A stretch of DNA of 43,916 nucleotides from a virus (Duplodnaviria > Caudoviricetes): positions 1 to 43,916 of IMG/VR virus record IMGVR_UViG_3300014208_000068; one strand, 5' to 3'. The first letter of the stretch is position 1; each line of letters begins with the position of its first letter. This document shows positions 8,503 through 17,372 of this stretch, piece by piece. The notes under the pieces were generated by a model. That model saw only the letters and a list, made by a program, of their open reading frames with translations. It made no database searches and was not told the DNA's origin. The position numbers and the translations under genes are program-made.

Positions 8503-9652
8503 GGAGATTCTCCTTGCACGTGAATGCCGATGCCGCCTCCGGGGAGGGGAAGCGGCACAGATCCATGTACTCACACCTTCGCCCGTAGGCATAGCACCCC
8601 GAGGCGTTGCGGGGGAAGATGGCGCCGAGGGAAATGGCGGCTTTGGCGGTCTGTATGTGGTCGCCAGGGTTGACGAGCAACACCTTGCGATAATGGCTCA
8701 CCTTGTCATGGGCCAGACGAAGCTCCGATGCCACGACGTGTAACTCCCGCCCAACCCTCTCCACGTCGTTCCAGGCATCGCCCGAAAACCGAACCCACTC
8801 CCGCCGAAACAGTGTCGGCGTCAGATCGTCGCCGTGCAGTGAGTCGAGGTCGCCCCGGTAGTCCGCGAGATCCTGTCCAAGTCGGATCAACTCAGCCCGT
8901 AGCCAGGGCTCGGAAGCGTGACGAGGAAGACGAGCCGGGAGGCGCATTCGCTTCGTCGTCCGATCCTTGACGAGTTCCAGTGAACCCGGCGCCGGAGGAA
9001 CATCCTTGAGGGCTAGGTCGTAGACCACCCCGGCGGGCTTGATGGGCGGCTTGGCGCGACTGAGGAGATAGGCGTACGTTTCCGCCTGTGGGTTGTAGTG
9101 GGAATCCAACCAGGACGAGAGGGGGCGCGTTCGCCCGCTCGTCTTGTGCTCGATGATCCAGAACTGGCCGTCCTTGTCCTGGCAGAGCTTGTCGATGTGC
9201 CCGGCGAATCGGTTGTCTCTCGATGTGACATCCCGAGGGCTCGTCGTGCGGGCCTCCAGGGCAAGCTCTGTCGCGACGACCTTCAGATCCCCAACCTCGA
9301 CACGCCACTGTTCCTCGTAGCCCTTGCACATGGCGAGCAAGACCGACTCGGAATGCTCGGCGTCGTCCTCGTCGAATGCGGCCGGGGGATTGGTGGTCGA
9401 GAATCCGCCTGCGAGCTTCGCCCGTGCGGCGTCGACGCGGGCCCTTGCTACCCTCTGCACCGCATCCAGTCGATTCGCGGTTCCCTCCGCCATGGCGCCC
9501 CACCATGCATCCATGCACGCATGCCAGGCCCGCCCGAATGCGAGCGGGGCGGCTTCGTAGCTCGACATCAGGCCGAGCCCTTCAGAGAGGAGCCATAGGT
9601 GCCGGCATCGCCCCCACACTGCCCTTTCGCTATTTGTCGTTGCGTACTTCAC
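8489..9652 (-). CDS. PD-(D/E)XK nuclease (RecB/Cas4-like exonuclease)
   Basis: FAGHIDKL...IIEHKTS, QAETY, N-terminal Cys plus C-terminal C..C...C cluster; GTG start with GGAGG RBS. Confidence 0.85.
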   Translation of the reverse strand: MKYATTNSERAVWGRCRHLWLLSEGLGLMSSYEAAPLAFGRAWHACMDAWWGAMAEGTANRLDAVQRVARARVDAARAKLAGGFSTTNPPAAFDEDDAEHSESVLLAMCKGYEEQWRVEVGDLKVVATELALEARTTSPRDVTSRDNRFAGHIDKLCQDKDGQFWIIEHKTSGRTRPLSSWLDSHYNPQAETYAYLLSRAKPPIKPAGVVYDLALKDVPPAPGSLELVKDRTTKRMRLPARLPRHASEPWLRAELIRLGQDLADYRGDLDSLHGDDLTPTLFRREWVRFSGDAWNDVERVGRELHVVASELRLAHDKVSHYRKVLLVNPGDHIQTAKAAISLGAIFPRNASGCYAYGRRCEYMDLCRFPSPEAASAFTCKENLRENP

Positions 9653-9950
9653 TTGCCTCCTCCTTCGGGCTTGCGCCCGTGTCGATCGTCCAGGTCGGGG
9701 CACCGATGCCATCGACGCCAGCGAGGCGCACGAGGGAGGCCGCGAGTTGCAGCATGTTGTGCGCCATGCCCTGCACTTCCTCGGCATTCTCGCTGCCCCG
9801 TTCCGTGAGTCGACACGCGCGAGCCCTTTCGGTCGCGGCCATCGCGACGAGGTGGAATGCGCTTGCCGCAACCACGGCCGTCGCAGTGTCGGCAAACGGG
9901 AGTGTGAGTTCGATCAGCTCGATGAAACTGAGCAGGTCTTTCCTGGTCAT
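9630..9950 (-). CDS. Hypothetical protein
   Basis: ATG 9950 overlaps the upstream stop; RBS GAGGA. Confidence 0.6.
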   Translation of the reverse strand: MTRKDLLSFIELIELTLPFADTATAVVAASAFHLVAMAATERARACRLTERGSENAEEVQGMAHNMLQLAASLVRLAGVDGIGAPTWTIDTGASPKEEASEVRNDK

Positions 9951-10156
9951 CGCTTCCTCTGCTTGGCCGCCATTCTGGCGCCGTAGAGAGTCTCGTAGAT
10001 GCGGATGGTGCCGATGCACGTCTCAGGGCCAGGCACGAGAGCCCACTTGCCCGCGTGCTTGGCGATGTACGCCCCACCCGGGAGGCGCATCCCACGTGCC
10101 ATCAGGCGTTCCCTCCATTTCCTGTCTCGCTTCTGCGACCGAGTCTCACTTGCCAT
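9947..10156 (-). CDS. Small basic hypothetical protein
   Basis: RBS AAGGAG; coupled to its neighbours. Confidence 0.6.
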   Translation of the reverse strand: MASETRSQKRDRKWRERLMARGMRLPGGAYIAKHAGKWALVPGPETCIGTIRIYETLYGARMAAKQRKR

Positions 10157-11852
10157 GCTTCTTCTCCTTCGGTTCCTCGACGATGAAAAACAGACTCTTC
10201 TTTGCCCGCGTCAACGCCACATAGCGCAGGTTCTGCTCTTGCACCACTTGCCACGGTTGGCGCGCGTAGGGAAACGGTAGTAGGTCGGGCCGGAGAATCC
10301 ACACTCGATCCGCCTCGAGCCCTTTGGCTCGATGCACCGTCGAGAGCCACACTCCCGGGCGTTCGTCGGAAAAGAGATCCTCGATCTCGCGACGGAGCGC
10401 CTTGATGTTCGGCCTCGGTGCCTGCATTTCTGTCCCATCCTCGTACACGGCGCCGCGATAGTACGGATCTGGAACATGCCTTGCCATCATCCATTCGTGG
10501 AATGCCTTCAGGCACTCGGCCTGGTCGCCGATGGCTTGGATTGCGGGGTCGTCGTCGTCCCCGCCGTTCTTCTTCAGAATCCGCCGCACCCGCTCACTTT
10601 CCCATGCCTCGACTTGCGCGGGAAAGTCCCTGAATCGGAACCCTCGCTGTTTCTCGATATCGTCCAGGACATCGAGCAATGCTGCCCCAATATCCCGGCC
10701 GCGGACTCGGGCCGATACCCCCTTCGACAGCAGCTCGAAACAGAGGCGAATGAGTGGCGCCGTCGTTCGGCACAGCACCAGATCGCCATCCCCAACGAGG
10801 GTTCCAACCTCCACCCGTGGGATGCTTTCGATCTCTCCCTCCTTCGCCCACGGCGCCGGCTCAATCTCCGGTACGATGGTTCGCGCCATGTCCAGGTGCG
10901 ACGTTGGGCAACGATAGCAGATGTTGAGCGGGAGCCGTGCCGCGTTCGTCGTCTCGATGATTCGAGCGACGGATTCCGAGTCCGCCCCCGCGAATCCGTA
11001 GATGGCCTGCCTCACATCCCCGACGGCCAGGAATCGCCCGTTGCGGTACACACACGAGAGCGCGACGGAGAGTTGCGCCGGGCTTAGGTCTTGGCACTCG
11101 TCGCACAGAACCCACGAATACGAAAATGGCTTGGCCCCCAACACCACGCACGCCCAGAGCATGTCTGTGAAGTCGAGCGCCTCCCCCTTCCGCACCATCT
11201 CTAGCCCCTGTCGGAGGATTCGAGCGCATGCCCACCCGGCGAATCGGGCGAGGCCGATATCGAGGTCGATGCCGTGCCGGTCGACGATGGGGGCGATGCT
11301 TGCCTCGTAGTCGAATCCAGCGGACCCGGCGGGTAGCGGCTCCAGGTCGAGGCGGAGGAGGTCGACGATGCGGCGCAGGGCCTTGGCTGGCCAGTCCTTC
11401 TTGATGCTGGCTCGCTCGGATTCGAGGAGCGCCATTCCGCAGTCGCCATCAACGGCCTCCCGGAGGAGGTCGCGAATCAGCTTCAAGTACTTGCCGGACT
11501 CGACCTTCATGCTCCGGCCGCACTTGGCGCGCAAAGCCCGGAATCCCACGGAGTGAATCGTGCTCACATCGACGTTGAGCCCGATGAGTTTCTGACCAAG
11601 CTCATCGGCGATGTGCTTGTTGAAGGCCAAGAACACCCCGCGGCTCGGAAGCACGCGGGAGATAGCTTTGAGCGTCGAGGTCTTGCCCGAGCCAGCGACG
11701 GCGTTGACCACGCCGTTTCCCGAGCCGTCATAGACCCAATCGAGGATTGCTCGCTGGTAGGTCGAGAGGGGGTTGTCGTGCAAAACCCCTCGGTAACATC
11801 GCGGGTCGCCCGGATCGGCTTCCGGGGCCCGCGCTTGAGCGGTCGAGAACAT
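10146..11852 (-). CDS. UvrD/Rep-like SF1 helicase
   Basis: NAVAGSGKTST, LAFNK, DECQD, VGDVRQAIYGFAGA, STVHRAKGLEAD, YVALTRAK. Confidence 0.93.
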   Translation of the reverse strand: MFSTAQARAPEADPGDPRCYRGVLHDNPLSTYQRAILDWVYDGSGNGVVNAVAGSGKTSTLKAISRVLPSRGVFLAFNKHIADELGQKLIGLNVDVSTIHSVGFRALRAKCGRSMKVESGKYLKLIRDLLREAVDGDCGMALLESERASIKKDWPAKALRRIVDLLRLDLEPLPAGSAGFDYEASIAPIVDRHGIDLDIGLARFAGWACARILRQGLEMVRKGEALDFTDMLWACVVLGAKPFSYSWVLCDECQDLSPAQLSVALSCVYRNGRFLAVGDVRQAIYGFAGADSESVARIIETTNAARLPLNICYRCPTSHLDMARTIVPEIEPAPWAKEGEIESIPRVEVGTLVGDGDLVLCRTTAPLIRLCFELLSKGVSARVRGRDIGAALLDVLDDIEKQRGFRFRDFPAQVEAWESERVRRILKKNGGDDDDPAIQAIGDQAECLKAFHEWMMARHVPDPYYRGAVYEDGTEMQAPRPNIKALRREIEDLFSDERPGVWLSTVHRAKGLEADRVWILRPDLLPFPYARQPWQVVQEQNLRYVALTRAKKSLFFIVEEPKEKKHGK

Positions 11853-11854
11853 GG

Positions 11855-12700
11855 TTATTTGCTCCCCTTGAGTTGCGCGAGGATGGCTTGCGCTTCGGCC
11901 TCGTCGCGGAGGACGAGCATCCGCACACTTCCCTGCGAATTCTTGAAGTAGAATCTCTGTCCGCCGGCCTGGAGAATCCTCCTTTCGTAGCGCACGATTG
12001 CATCGTTCTTCTTCGTGCCACCGAGGAGGAAATCCATCCGCCAATTCCCGCCCCACCTATCATCCGAGAGCGCACCCACGTTGCCTCGATTCTGTCGGCG
12101 CCTCCTACGCCGGTTTCGGGCTTGGCGTTTCTCTCGTGCCTCGGGCGATTCGTCCGGCTCCGTGAGCCACCGATTCCGGGGGTGACGAGCTGCGACGGTG
12201 AGAGCGCGGCGGGCAAAGGCGATGTCGAGTTGCTCTCGACGCTCGGCCCCGATTGCCTCGCAAGCCTCGGTGGCGGCATCCTGGGCGGGCTCGTCAAAGG
12301 CATGCTTGAGCCAAGCCCCGAGGGCCTCGGGAGTCAGGTCGCGAGGGACCATCACGGTCCGCACGAGTTCCCCGTCCTCAACCTTCGTCGCCATCGTCTC
12401 GTCAGGCCCGGTGGCGTGGTCAACGGAGACGAAGCCGCACTCTTCCGGGCACACCTCCTCCCGCATACACCCGCCATGCTCGGGGCAGGGGATGGCGGGG
12501 AGCAGGTCCGCCTTCCCATGCGGGTGCGGGTCGACGGCGGCCCACAACCCGTCAGCCTTCGACACGAGACCATCGGCAAGCAACCGAGCCAGCTCCCGGC
12601 GCACGGAGGCGGGCGGAGCTTCGGTCATCGTGGCGATCTCGGTGGCGCTTGCCTTCACGTAGTTCAAGCAGGTCAGGATTCGTTCTCTGATGGTTCCCAT
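11855..12700 (-). CDS. HTH-containing hypothetical protein
   Basis: N-terminal wHTH-like SATEIATMTEAPPASVRRELARLLADGLV; RBS GAGAGGA before ATG 12700. Confidence 0.65.
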   Translation of the reverse strand: MGTIRERILTCLNYVKASATEIATMTEAPPASVRRELARLLADGLVSKADGLWAAVDPHPHGKADLLPAIPCPEHGGCMREEVCPEECGFVSVDHATGPDETMATKVEDGELVRTVMVPRDLTPEALGAWLKHAFDEPAQDAATEACEAIGAERREQLDIAFARRALTVAARHPRNRWLTEPDESPEAREKRQARNRRRRRRQNRGNVGALSDDRWGGNWRMDFLLGGTKKNDAIVRYERRILQAGGQRFYFKNSQGSVRMLVLRDEAEAQAILAQLKGSK

Positions 12701-12878
12701 CGTTCGTCCTCTCTGAGGAAATGGGCGAGGGGGTTTGGCGGCGCCCCTCGCCGTGTTTGCTGTCCCGCCCGACAGTACCGATTGCAGGGCCGTGGTGGCC
12801 CCTCTGCTGCGTCCGAGCGTCACCCCCGACAGAGAGGGCCGTCCCCTCCTCCTGTCGATTCTGGGGGCATTCTCGGGG

Positions 12879-14339
12879 CTAGGTCTTGATTGCGCTCGTC
12901 TTGATGTCCCACCCGAGATAATCCCGGGCCATCTCCACGAATAGCGCCGTCTGTTTGTGCATCGGGGTTTCGCGAACCGCGGACTGCAATACCTCGCCAG
13001 CCCTATCCCAGAGGGCCGCGCATTCGTCATCGTCCCTTGATTCGTCCACCGGTTCCGACTTGGGAGGGTTCGACTTGGGAGGCTTCGGCGGGGTGGGGAG
13101 CTTGCCCGTCGCCGCCACTTCACGCTGTTGCTCGGGAGGCAGGGCCGTCGCCTTCGCCCCGGTGGAGACCGCGACCTTGCCAGCGTTGACCGCCGCGACG
13201 AGCTCCGGGACGCCGTCCTTGCGGACCTTGTCGGCCGCATCGACCGAGCGACCGCTGACACCCAGGTCACGGGCCGCCAGATCTCGAGCCTGGGGTGCCC
13301 TTTCGGCCGGTTTGACTGCTTGAGGCAAGTTTGCCTCAAGCACTTCTCCCGAGCGATGTCCGGCCGCACTCTGCCTCTCGCGGGCAGCAGTTGCATAGAC
13401 CTCTTTGACGCTTGATGCCACCATCGCGCACTGACTCGGGGTCAGGTGCCGACGATGCAGATTCAGGGAGATGACAATGTGAATCAGGGCGGAGCGGTCA
13501 GCCTCGATCCAGCGGAAATAGATCCCGTCCTCGCCAGGCTTGGCGGCTTGGATTTCCTTGCGGAGGTCGGCGGCCCATCCGAGCATCAGCAGCACCTTCC
13601 ATCGGTTCCGGCCGTCGAGGAGGACGGGGCGGCCGGGGCGCTCGGGGTCGTTCCACAGTTGGAGAGGCTCCCGCATCCCATTGGCCTTGATGTCCATGGC
13701 CAGGCGGTTGAGCCCGGCCGCGTCGATCATGGGAAAGATGCTCGCGGCGGGGTGGACGACCATTGGGAAATACTCGGCCGCAGTCGCCTCGGGGGCGCAG
13801 TCGCCGGGCTCGTCCGCCGGGGGCGCAATCGGAGCAGGGGCGGGAGGCTCGGGAGCCGGGGCGACATCGGCGCAATCGCCGCAGTAGCGCTCGTCCTGTC
13901 GACCGCCGGGAGGGGCGATGAGGTCGCTCTCGGTGCCGTGCTTCCCGCATCCCGCGCACTTCAGGGGCTCGGGGGCGGGCTCGGGTTCGGTGGCTTCGAT
14001 GGGCAGCTCGGGAGCTGCTGCCTTGGCCTTGCGAGCCCGCTTCGGCTTCTCCGTCGGGGCTTCGGTGTGGGCCGTCTCAGTGGGGGGCAGCTCGGTGGCA
14101 GCGGGAGTGTCGAGTCCAAGCACCTCGGAGATGGTCGCGTCGCCGGAGATGGTGATTCGCCCGTCGTCCTTGGCGTTGATGGCCCAGTTGTGTTCTCGGT
14201 CGAGTTTCGACGGTGGCTCGGTGCCCAGAATCTCCAGGGCCTTCTTCCTGGCGCCTTCGATGTTCTCGTATTTGTACGTTTTGCGGTAGTCCTTCTCAGG
14301 GTCTCCAGTCTGGACATGAACGCGCACGGAAATGGTCAT
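12879..14339 (-). CDS. ParB/Srx-domain protein with N-terminal extension and Zn ribbon
   Basis: HPAASIFP...LAMDIKANGMREP...LLDGRNR...SLNLHRRHLT; CAGC...CGDC; HTH AARDLGVSGRSV. Confidence 0.85.
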   Translation of the reverse strand: MTISVRVHVQTGDPEKDYRKTYKYENIEGARKKALEILGTEPPSKLDREHNWAINAKDDGRITISGDATISEVLGLDTPAATELPPTETAHTEAPTEKPKRARKAKAAAPELPIEATEPEPAPEPLKCAGCGKHGTESDLIAPPGGRQDERYCGDCADVAPAPEPPAPAPIAPPADEPGDCAPEATAAEYFPMVVHPAASIFPMIDAAGLNRLAMDIKANGMREPLQLWNDPERPGRPVLLDGRNRWKVLLMLGWAADLRKEIQAAKPGEDGIYFRWIEADRSALIHIVISLNLHRRHLTPSQCAMVASSVKEVYATAARERQSAAGHRSGEVLEANLPQAVKPAERAPQARDLAARDLGVSGRSVDAADKVRKDGVPELVAAVNAGKVAVSTGAKATALPPEQQREVAATGKLPTPPKPPKSNPPKSEPVDESRDDDECAALWDRAGEVLQSAVRETPMHKQTALFVEMARDYLGWDIKTSAIKT

Positions 14340-14387
14340 TTGCGGCCTCGTTGTTGAGCCCGGAATCGTCCGGGCGGGTTGGAGCGA

Positions 14388-14463
14388 TGGGGCATCCGGG
14401 AATCGAACCCGGAGGCGTAGTGAAACCCTGCGGCCCGTATAGGCGCCCGACCGGTCATGCCCC
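14388..14463 (-). tRNA. tRNA-like element with canonical acceptor stem and T-arm but non-canonical D/anticodon region; identity undetermined
   Basis: GGGGCAT...ATGCCCC-A 7-bp acceptor stem plus discriminator; CCGGG-TTCGATT-CCCGG T-arm; 76 nt; no encoded CCA. Confidence 0.6.
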
Positions 14464-14471
14464 TCAAAAAT

Positions 14472-14687
14472 AGCTGTGAGCCAGGACTACTCGCGGGCTT
14501 TCGCCCCTTTCGCCTCCGACCGCGGCCCAGGGTGAGGATTGCCCCTCACTCGTCCGGCACTTTCGAGGCCGGCTCAACCGCTCGCGTCTTTCGCACGCCG
14601 ACATTTCGAGGGGGCCGTGTTCCGTGCGGGTCCCGTCCCCTCGCCGCGTCCTATGTCGCTATCCGAGCTGTCGCAGCGCTCTCAGCC
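14472..14687 (-). ncRNA. Candidate structured non-coding RNA
   Basis: Four GNRA-capped hairpins on the minus strand, nested helices and a closing helix; lies directly downstream of the leftward promoter; no credible ORF. Confidence 0.65.
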
Positions 14688-14701
14688 CCGCGACGAAAGC
14701 C

Positions 14702-14730
14702 ACTCTAGGCGCGACGGAAACTGATTGCAA
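14702..14730 (-). promoter_or_regulatory. Leftward sigma70-like promoter
   Basis: TTGCAA (14730-14725), 17 nt, TAGAGT (14707-14702), with a T-tract upstream. Confidence 0.65.
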
Positions 14731-14771
14731 GAGAAAAAAACACACCAAGCACACTTATTTTTCGTACATTG

Positions 14772-14800
14772 TTGACACTAGCGCAACGCTTCGGTATTTT
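14772..14800 (+). promoter_or_regulatory. Rightward sigma70-like promoter
   Basis: TTGACA (14772-14777), 17 nt, TATTTT (14795-14800) in an AT-rich island. Confidence 0.7.
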
Positions 14801-14917
14801 TGTTTCTGGTCCTACGTCCCGGCGCCAGTCGGGACCACAGGTCGCTCCGGGCATGCCGGGGGGCGGGCGCTCAGTGAGCTGTCAGCCCCCCTCCGGCGCT
14901 CAATCGGGAGATACATC

Positions 14918-15256
14918 GTGCGAATCGACAGGCAGGCGCTCAAATTTCGCCTTCACGAAGTCCGCTATCTCGTCGCCCAAATCAACGCGGCCACGAGGAA
15001 GCTCGAATCCCTGGCTCTGGCCGATTCGAGGCTTACCGTCAAGCGCGACAAGGCCCGACCGGACTCGGCCCGATTCGCGACCGCCGATGCAGCACTTCGG
15101 TCGGCAAGGTCGCTCTGGCACCGTCAGAAGGGGAACATGGCGTTCCTCGTCGAGGAGCAGAACCGAGCGGAGTCGAGACTTTCCGCCGTTCATGATGGGT
15201 GGTTTGCGGCCGTCGAGTCCTACGAGGATTTCCTTACCAGGACGGAGGAGGAGTGA
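14918..15256 (+). CDS. Hypothetical helical protein (first gene of the right arm)
   Basis: GTG at 14918 with GGGAG RBS, downstream of the promoter. Confidence 0.6.
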   Translation: MRIDRQALKFRLHEVRYLVAQINAATRKLESLALADSRLTVKRDKARPDSARFATADAALRSARSLWHRQKGNMAFLVEEQNRAESRLSAVHDGWFAAVESYEDFLTRTEEE

Positions 15257-15439
15257 CCCTCACGCGCACACACGCGCTCTTCTCTTCTCCTGATCTTAAT
15301 TCCCAAGATCCAAAGTCCAGAGATACCCCTCCCCCCTGGGGGGGGGGGACGCATGCGAAGCATGCGAGAGGGGGGACAGGGAAGGTAATTAGGATCTCTT
15401 CTTTCTTGGTTCTTCTTTCTTCTCTGAGACACTAGGATC

Positions 15440-15805
15440 ATGATCTTGAATCTTTTAATCCCAATCCCCTCTCTCTCTCAGAACGTGTATCAGAGAATGC
15501 ATTGGTCTCAGCAGAAGAGACACAAGGACGATCTCTTCCTACTCCTGAAATCCTCCCTTCAGCTCAGAGGAGGAGAGAAGGTACTCCCTCCCCGATTCAC
15601 AGTCGTTGAAATCCAGATCACCCGGTACGGAGCAAAGAAGCTGGATCAGGGGAACCTCGTAGGGGGATGCAAGCCCCTTCTCGATGCCCTCAAGGACCTT
15701 GGAGCCATCACGGACGATAGCCCGAAGTGGCTCAAAGATACCTACGTCAACGAGGTCGACACCAAACACCAGCGGACAGAGATCCGCCTCACATGGAGCG
15801 CATGA
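15440..15805 (+). CDS. RusA-like Holliday junction resolvase
   Basis: LDQGNLVGGCKPLLDALKDLGAITDDS matches the RusA D..N..K...D...DD pattern. Confidence 0.75.
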   Translation: MILNLLIPIPSLSQNVYQRMHWSQQKRHKDDLFLLLKSSLQLRGGEKVLPPRFTVVEIQITRYGAKKLDQGNLVGGCKPLLDALKDLGAITDDSPKWLKDTYVNEVDTKHQRTEIRLTWSA

Positions 15806-15808
15806 GCC

Positions 15809-16267
15809 GTGTTCGTATTCGAGTCCACCGAAGCCGTTGTCTCCCGTCTCGAGATTCGTAGCACAGTCAAGACCGACGGGAAGGATGTATTCAACGCCCG
15901 ACTGCATCTCGAGCTGCCCAAGCTCGATTCCTCGTTGCTCCCCTTCCTCTCGGCCGCCGTGCAAAGCATCTTGGACGACTCCCGAGCCATCGAGGACGGA
16001 CCCAATTCCGTCTCGGTCAGCGTCAAGCGGGAGTTCCCGTTGCTCTCCTACTCCCTGGCGAAGGGAAAGAAACAGATCGCCTCGTTCGTCGGGCAGGTGA
16101 AGAACCGCCCGAAAGTCAGCATCGTTGAAGGCTCCCTGTCCCTGTCCTGGACCGTCGATGTGGACCAACTCTCCGAATCCGACCTGCGAGCCATCGCCAA
16201 GACCATCGCCCAGGATGGCTACGAGCTCCGCACCACCGATCCGCAACTTCCCCTCCCCCTGGAGTAA
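15809..16267 (+). CDS. Hypothetical protein
   Basis: Compact ORF in the operon with phage-like codon usage. Confidence 0.7.
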   Translation: MFVFESTEAVVSRLEIRSTVKTDGKDVFNARLHLELPKLDSSLLPFLSAAVQSILDDSRAIEDGPNSVSVSVKREFPLLSYSLAKGKKQIASFVGQVKNRPKVSIVEGSLSLSWTVDVDQLSESDLRAIAKTIAQDGYELRTTDPQLPLPLE

Positions 16268-16270
16268 CCC

Positions 16271-16669
16271 ATGGGCCGCCATTCCCGCCAAGCCGTCTTG
16301 CAGAAGGACATTCGCACCCTGGCTCTCGTTGAAAGCAGAAAGCTCAGGGTGCGGAGGGCGATGAGCATCGCCGCTCGCTTCGTGGTCGAGATGCAATCCT
16401 CCCTGTGCCCGACCGTCGAGATCGACACCTTCGTTGGCAATCTGGAGATTCTGGCGAAGTTTGCAGCTCTCGGCGCCTTCACGACTTTCAACTTCCCGAC
16501 CGTAGATCCCGCGTGGATTGAGGCTGAGATTGAAAAGGCCGCCAAGGTCGCAGTTCAAACTTCCAAGTCCCTCCAAGCCATCCTCGAATCCCGCAAACTG
16601 GCCTGCCAGGATACCCCCGCCAGCCCCATCCCTCCCACTACCACTCAGGAGGCGCAACCCCATGAGTAG
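16271..16669 (+). CDS. Hypothetical protein
   Basis: GGAG RBS; in operon. Confidence 0.65.
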   Translation: MGRHSRQAVLQKDIRTLALVESRKLRVRRAMSIAARFVVEMQSSLCPTVEIDTFVGNLEILAKFAALGAFTTFNFPTVDPAWIEAEIEKAAKVAVQTSKSLQAILESRKLACQDTPASPIPPTTTQEAQPHE

Positions 16670-17372
16670 CAAGCCCATCAGCCTCGTTGCGGAACCCACC
16701 AAGGATGCCCCGGAGGGTGTGGCTTTGGAGAGTCCACTACACCCCGACCTCCCTCACCCGCCCGCGCGTCCAACAACTGCGGGGAATCCTACCTCGCTGG
16801 ACGACGCACGAGCGCTTGCCGCCTCAGTTCTCTCGGAGGTGGACTTCAAAGTCATAGACGGCGTCGAGGACATCAAGGACCGAAGGATCGTCGTGTCGTT
16901 TGTTCCCGGGGGGAAGAGCCTCCCAGAGTTCGTGATGCTCGCGGTATCTCTGGCCAATCGGGTGCTGAAGATCGAAGCTGCCCCTGTCGAGGCTCCTGTC
17001 GTCGCCTCTCCTGTCCCCTATACCGGAAACGGGAAGCCTCACATCGGAGTCGGCAAGCACCTTGCCAGCCTCCTTGGCCAGTGGGAGGAGAGAGAGAACA
17101 CGGCGCCGGGGGTGATGGATATCGAAGCCGCGAGATTGGCCGTCCTCGCTTGCACGTGGGAAGATTCCGCTGAGACCGGGGCGGTACTGTCGGAGGTGCT
17201 GAAAGAGCGAGCAACGCTTGCCGAGCAGTGCGACATCTGGGCGAACACGGCGGAAGCCCTGCAAGCCCAGATTGCCACCCTGACCGAGGAGAGGGACAGG
17301 GCGCGCTTTCGCTGCCAAGAGCTGATGGCCGTTGCTCCCGACGCCCCCAGAATGGCCGGGTGGAGGCCCTGA
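16662..17372 (+). CDS. Hypothetical protein with C-terminal coiled coil
   Basis: AGGAGG RBS before ATG 16662. Confidence 0.7.
   Translation: MSSKPISLVAEPTKDAPEGVALESPLHPDLPHPPARPTTAGNPTSLDDARALAASVLSEVDFKVIDGVEDIKDRRIVVSFVPGGKSLPEFVMLAVSLANRVLKIEAAPVEAPVVASPVPYTGNGKPHIGVGKHLASLLGQWEERENTAPGVMDIEAARLAVLACTWEDSAETGAVLSEVLKERATLAEQCDIWANTAEALQAQIATLTEERDRARFRCQELMAVAPDAPRMAGWRP

Noticed and set aside
8489-9652. Cas4 / CRISPR system
   Set aside because: No repeat-spacer array or other cas genes; the nuclease-AAA_24-SSB context indicates phage recombination.
14388-14463. Calling the element an amber suppressor, tRNA-Pyl or tmRNA
   Set aside because: No CUA in a canonical anticodon loop; no G3-U70 pair or tag reading frame; only the T-arm resembles those RNAs.
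14472-14687. RNase P RNA or group I intron
   Set aside because: GAGUAGUCCUGGCUC only loosely recalls their conserved segments; the partner motifs (RNase P CR-V, intron P7 GACUA) are not found in the right order.
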